The notes beneath the pieces are model-generated. The model ran no database searches and was not told the DNA's origin. It was given only the letters and a program-made list of their open reading frames with translations. Shown piece by piece: positions 8,197 through 11,823 of a stretch of 11,823 nucleotides of DNA. Position 1 is the first letter of the stretch. Each line of letters opens with the position of its first letter. The DNA lies in assembly GCA_043818055.1 (NCBI GenBank), contig JBDRGF010000041.1:1-11823 (forward strand). The letters run 5' to 3'. Source of the stretch: Pseudomonadota bacterium (GTDB lineage Bacteria; UBA10199; 2-02-FULL-44-16; JBDRGF01). The translations under genes and the position numbers were made by a program.

Positions 8197-8726
8197 AGCT
8201 CGCTCCTCCTCGTTCTCTCCGATGTTTCGCCGGCCATTATGAGACGCCTTATGTCGAGTATGACGCCGATCAGGTATTCGAGCGATATCATCGCAAACCC
8301 AAAGGGTATGATCGATTGCACGTACCAGCTTTTGATGTTGTAGAACATCACTGCCCCCATCTGATATTCCGAATAGACGAAGTCATATCCTGCCTTTGCA
8401 AGGATAGCAGTGATGAGGGCAGCGACTAAATCGAGCAGAACTCTGACTGCGTCCCGCATCTTCTTTGGTATCACCTTTATCAGCGCTTCGATTGCGATGT
8501 GGCGCCGCTCCCTTGTAGCGAGCATAGCCCCCAAAAACGCGACCCACATGACGAGGTTGCGAGAGCCGACATCCGCCCAGAAGAGACCGCTGTCGAAAAA
8601 GTTTCTCAAAATGACCTGTAAAAAAGTGATCCCCGCAAGAAAGAGCAGGGAAGTGACTAGAAGTCCTTCAATAAAATATGCAAAGGCCTTATCGATGAAA
8701 TTAAAAAATCTGATGATAGGACTCAA
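8193..8726 (-). CDS. dctQ: TRAP transporter small permease
   Basis: Four hydrophobic helices with QVILRNFF...W...LVMWVAFLGA..A.R.RRHIAIE. TTG start with GGGGGAG upstream. Confidence 0.93.
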   Translation of the reverse strand: MSPIIRFFNFIDKAFAYFIEGLLVTSLLFLAGITFLQVILRNFFDSGLFWADVGSRNLVMWVAFLGAMLATRERRHIAIEALIKVIPKKMRDAVRVLLDLVAALITAILAKAGYDFVYSEYQMGAVMFYNIKSWYVQSIIPFGFAMISLEYLIGVILDIRRLIMAGETSERTRRSEL

Positions 8727-8757
8727 ACAGCTCCCCCTCTTTTATATCATTGCAAAT

Positions 8758-8817
8758 GTAGGGGCAGGTTTTAAACCTGCCCGCTGTTTCTCGGGAGGGT
8801 TTTAAACCCTCCCCTAC
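8758..8817. repeat. REP doublet (REPIN-like), GTAG family
   Basis: GTAG-GGGCAGGTTT-T-AAACCTGCCC (8758-8782) and inverted GGGAGGGTTT-T-AAACCCTCCC-CTAC (8793-8817), with a 10-nt spacer. Confidence 0.88.
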
Positions 8818-8837
8818 AACACAAGTGACAAGGCTTT

Positions 8838-9827
8838 CTACTTCCCCCTCATTCCAGCAAGTGTAGTTTTAACTTTTGTCAGAAGCGCCTCAGGATAGAG
8901 TTTTCCGACCAGGTCGTCCCATACAAGACGGCTTCTGTCAGAGATGATCTTCACCTGAGCATCAGGGACGCTTACCATCTTTATTCCGTTTTTTTGAAGA
9001 AGTTTTTTGGACTCTTCATTTTCAACGCGAATTCGGTTTCTCAGCTCGGTGCCATATTTTTTACCGGTCGTTAAAAGTAGATTTTTGTCCTGGGGGGAGA
9101 GGCTGTTGAACATTTTATTTGATACGACGATTGCCCCCGTCGAATTAGCGAGGTTCAGATCAGTCATATATTTTGTTCTTGTGAACCATTGAAGGGCGAT
9201 AGCGCCAAGCGGTGGCGTATAAACAGCGTCGAGAAGATTAGTCTGAAGCGAGGTGAGGACGTTCGCGATGCTAAGTGGAATTGGGACGATATCGAAGCGA
9301 TCGTACATCGCCTTGACCAGAGGATCTCCCTCCCACATCCACATCTTCATACCGTTCATGTCCTCCCTTGAGCTTATCGGTTTGTTGGAGAGGATATTCA
9401 CAAAGCCTGTCTCCGACCAGCCGAGCACCTGAAATCCCTTTTCGGAAAAACCCTTCTCAAGCTCCCCTTTGATTATGGTTCGGACGGCATCCACTTCATT
9501 ATAATTATTGAAGAGCATGGGCAGCTCTAAAATTCTGACGGATGGATTGATCATGCCAAGGCCAAGTCCGGTAAAACCGGCCGCGTGAATCTGGCTGATG
9601 CGCATCTTTCTTATGACATCCTTCTCATCGCCCTGCACGCCGCCAGCGTAAATTTTAAAACCGACCCTACCTTGAGATTTTTCCCTCAGCTCCTTATCCC
9701 ATTCGCGAACAACTTTTGTCCATGTCGATCCTTCGGGCGCGATGAGGGCGATCTTGATGTCAGTAGCGAAGCAGCTTAGAGAGACAAATAAGGTAAGAAG
9801 CAATGTGGCTGTAAAAAGTTTTTTCAT
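8838..9827 (-). CDS. dctP: TRAP substrate-binding protein (TPAT-type P component)
   Basis: Signal peptide MKKLFTATLLLTLFVSLSCFA, then IALIAPEGSTW, YAGGVQGDE..V.RKMR, LELPMLF and V.TSLQTNLLDA. GGAGG precedes ATG 9827, so the track start at 10013 is an over-extension. Confidence 0.92.
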   Translation of the reverse strand: MKKLFTATLLLTLFVSLSCFATDIKIALIAPEGSTWTKVVREWDKELREKSQGRVGFKIYAGGVQGDEKDVIRKMRISQIHAAGFTGLGLGMINPSVRILELPMLFNNYNEVDAVRTIIKGELEKGFSEKGFQVLGWSETGFVNILSNKPISSREDMNGMKMWMWEGDPLVKAMYDRFDIVPIPLSIANVLTSLQTNLLDAVYTPPLGAIALQWFTRTKYMTDLNLANSTGAIVVSNKMFNSLSPQDKNLLLTTGKKYGTELRNRIRVENEESKKLLQKNGIKMVSVPDAQVKIISDRSRLVWDDLVGKLYPEALLTKVKTTLAGMRGK

Positions 9828-9847
9828 CGATCCTCCAAAGAATAACG

Positions 9848-9899
9848 CGTACGGCGGATTGCGTACGGCGTACCGCGAAAAAAAGGTTTTACGCCGTAC
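9848..9899. repeat. Heptamer tandem repeat with an inverted copy forming a hairpin
   Basis: CGTACGG-CGGATTG-CGTACGG-CGTACCG (9848-9875). GTACGGCGTA (9863-9872) pairs perfectly with TACGCCGTAC (9890-9899). Confidence 0.7.
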
Positions 9900-9903
9900 T
9901 ATA

Positions 9904-10968
9904 CTAAAAATAATTCCTCTTCCCCTCCAACAACACCTTCGCCCTTCTTTTTGCCAGGCGATTGGAGAGTTCCTGCTCAGGGAAGATGTTGTCGGGGGTT
10001 TCCATGACCTCATTTAATAGTCTTTCAAACAATGCCTTGTCCTGAGCCGCCACTGCGTAAAACTGCGCATACAAAACTTTGTTGAAGAGATATTTGTCGG
10101 AGAGTTCAATGCTCTTTTCAAAGGACTCCTTTGCTTTTTGGGTGTTTCCGCCAAGCATTGCAGGACGCGAAGCATCGATGACGCCTAAGAAGGCATATCC
10201 TGAACCAAAATGATAATTGGGATCAATCTCGATTACCCGATTGATGAGCTCAGTCACCTTTGGTACCTCAATGATGGCGGAGGGTTCATCCTTATGAAGG
10301 TTGATCCAGTTTCCCCAACAAAAGGCCGTCCAGAATAAAAGCGGCAGATCCTTTTTGCCGGCGCTCTTTAAGGCTTTGGCAAAGTCCATCGGTGAGGAAT
10401 CAAGGCCATCTCTATATCCCTTTTTTGTCCGCATCGCCCTCATAGAATAATCGAGGCCGCGCTTGTAGAAAGTATCTGCGAGATGAAATGCCTTATCATA
10501 CTCTTTCGGATTTCCCTTAAATTTGATAAGATCCTCTTCAAGAAATCCAAACGCGAATTCACCATAAGCCTTGGAAAGAAGTGTGAGGTAGAGGCGATCG
10601 TTCGGAGAGCCCGATTGCAGCACCTCCATCGATTTCACGAGGGGGAAAAAAGAGCTTCTGACAAGATCGACCTCGGACTCTCTCTCAATAGCAGACTGTC
10701 CATCCCACGAGACAACACCGACCAACCCCGTCACGCGCTGCTTGAGCGAGCAGGATGTGAGGAGAAGCGTAAGAATGATCATAATTGAAAGTGAGAATAT
10801 CACACTCTTGTCATTCATACGGACAATTGGTCTTTCGATGTAGCCGCGGGCTTTAGCCCGCGTTAAAATGCGCAGGCTAAAGCCTGCGGCTACCAAATGC
10901 GATATTGTGGCACAACCTGGAAAGCGGGGATGACAATTGTGATCAAAAACATTTCTGATTTTTTTCAT
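9904..10968 (-). CDS. tatT: TRAP transporter T component (TatT family TPR lipoprotein); start is 10968 or 10818
   Basis: Lipobox LTS-C, YGEFAFGFLE, YKRGLDY, LLFWTAFCWGNWI, IDPNYHFG, PAMLGGN..KAKESFEK, YAQFYAV..QDKALF..LL..V, N.LAKRRA..LL. First gene of a TRAP operon. The start codon is uncertain. Confidence 0.88.
   Translation of the reverse strand: MKKIRNVFDHNCHPRFPGCATISHLVAAGFSLRILTRAKARGYIERPIVRMNDKSVIFSLSIMIILTLLLTSCSLKQRVTGLVGVVSWDGQSAIERESEVDLVRSSFFPLVKSMEVLQSGSPNDRLYLTLLSKAYGEFAFGFLEEDLIKFKGNPKEYDKAFHLADTFYKRGLDYSMRAMRTKKGYRDGLDSSPMDFAKALKSAGKKDLPLLFWTAFCWGNWINLHKDEPSAIIEVPKVTELINRVIEIDPNYHFGSGYAFLGVIDASRPAMLGGNTQKAKESFEKSIELSDKYLFNKVLYAQFYAVAAQDKALFERLLNEVMETPDNIFPEQELSNRLAKRRAKVLLEGKRNYF
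10840..10893. repeat. REP doublet (REPIN-like), GTAG family, 54 bp
   Basis: GTAGC-CGCGGGCT-TT-AGCCCGCG, spacer TTAAAATG, inverted CGCAGGCT-AA-AGCCTGCG-GCTAC. Confidence 0.88.
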
Positions 10969-10976
10969 AGCGGGGG

Positions 10977-11005
10977 ACATTACCAATGATAAAATCTTAA
11001 ATCAA
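10977..11005 (-). promoter_or_regulatory. Sigma70-type promoter of the TPAT operon
   Basis: Minus strand reads TTGATT (11005-11000), 17 nt ending TGG, then TAATGT (10982-10977). ATG 10968 follows after 8 nt. Confidence 0.55.
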
Positions 11006-11065
11006 CAGAAAGATCAGTCACTTATGACGCGCCGCGATAGAGGTTTTATAGCTAAATATTTAACA

Positions 11066-11701
11066 CTATCCTCTTATCAATCGATGCGTTTCACCAGAAG
11101 CATCCATCCATCTCATCGTGATTTGGTTGTTGGGTAGGCGAGTGGGCAACAGGTTGAGATACAGTCCATGCTCGCTAAATTCGATTGTAATTGCAGCCTC
11201 TTCTTCATTGAAAAACCATCTAGCCATAAGCTCGCTTGAGGGAGGGGATAGATTGTCAGGGGTTGATCTATGATATTGCGTTAAGGCTGAATAGATGAAG
11301 TCTGAATGAGTTTCAAAATTAGCTAGTCCGTATAGATGGTATAAGAAGAATGCGATTTCACTGACAATTTGTTCTACATAGGTAAAGGGCACATCCTCTC
11401 CCAAGGCGCCTCTGTTAACAACGAGTCTGTTGCGGTTATAACCAAATTGCCATGGGAAGCTTTCGATATTCATGCCGTAATCCAACACTGCGCCGAGCGC
11501 GATATTGTTTCTATTGTTATAGCTCCTCGCGCCATTACCACCCTTGCTACAATAGTATTCGAGAAGATCCCCATATTCCTTTAGAAGTTTTAGATGGTTT
11601 GGTTGGAATGATTTTGTGGCATTCGTGTTTAAAAAGGTCAGTGCGGTGAGGAAATTCTGTACAGTAGGACGATAAACTTTATAAAAATCGTAACCATTCA
11701 G
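11066..11701 (-). CDS. Hypothetical protein with unresolved 5' end (possible frameshift or non-canonical start)
   Basis: The frame of the 140-aa track ORF stays stop-free for 97 more codons (to 11779) with no in-frame ATG/GTG/TTG. There is an in-frame CTG at 11701 and an out-of-frame ATG at 11697. No family recognised. Confidence 0.6.
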   Translation of the reverse strand: MNGYDFYKVYRPTVQNFLTALTFLNTNATKSFQPNHLKLLKEYGDLLEYYCSKGGNGARSYNNRNNIALGAVLDYGMNIESFPWQFGYNRNRLVVNRGALGEDVPFTYVEQIVSEIAFFLYHLYGLANFETHSDFIYSALTQYHRSTPDNLSPPSSELMARWFFNEEEAAITIEFSEHGLYLNLLPTRLPNNQITMRWMDASGETHRLIRG

Positions 11702-11763
11702 CCTACTTTCTTTAAGTATAAAAATGTGGTATAAAAGATGCCGATACAGAGGGGGGCATCCAA

Positions 11764-11823
11764 ATCGAAACGATTCAGATTAACAAAGAATTTTTAGAGC
11801 GGATTCAAGATGCAGATGTTCGC
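11764..11823 (+). CDS. Possible 5' end of a gene running off the window (ATC start?)
   Basis: Extended -10 TGGTATAAA (11727-11735) and AGAGGGGGG (11748-11756), then ATC and an open frame IETIQINKEFLERIQDADVR to the edge. Confidence 0.3.
   Translation, partial: METIQINKEFLERIQDADVR

Noticed and set aside
9828..10013. 62-aa N-terminal extension of DctP in the ORF track
   Set aside because: It overlaps the tatT 3' end and an intergenic repeat. The SD and signal peptide place the start at 9827.
4480..10788. Short opposite-strand ORFs over the peptidase, lipoprotein and TRAP genes (e.g. 5577-6038, 8410-8805, 10483-10788)
   Set aside because: They overlap conserved genes. The end of 8410-8805 (VGAGFKPAR) is simply translated REP sequence.

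Overview
Chromosomal window from a Gram-negative bacterium. A deltaproteobacteria-like lineage is inferred from gene content and not verified. Left to right it holds: a 5'-truncated class A PBP1B (mrcB) overlapping a small TPR lipoprotein gene (LpoP-like arrangement), a REP hairpin, and cutA. Next is an AT-rich segment with a paired-dyad 40-bp inverted repeat and a MazF/PemK toxin plus RHH antitoxin module, then a soluble M48-like zinc peptidase and a divergent 587-aa modular lipoprotein. These are followed by a complete TPAT-type TRAP operon (tatT-dctP-dctQ-dctM, minus strand) with REP/REPIN elements in its spacers, and a hypothetical gene with an anomalous 5' end. The least explained signals are the dyad pair at 3159-3337, a nested repeat that appears inserted in frame in the TatT signal-peptide region, and two divergent frames at the right edge lacking canonical starts. 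No rRNA, tRNA, CRISPR array, integrase or transposase was seen.
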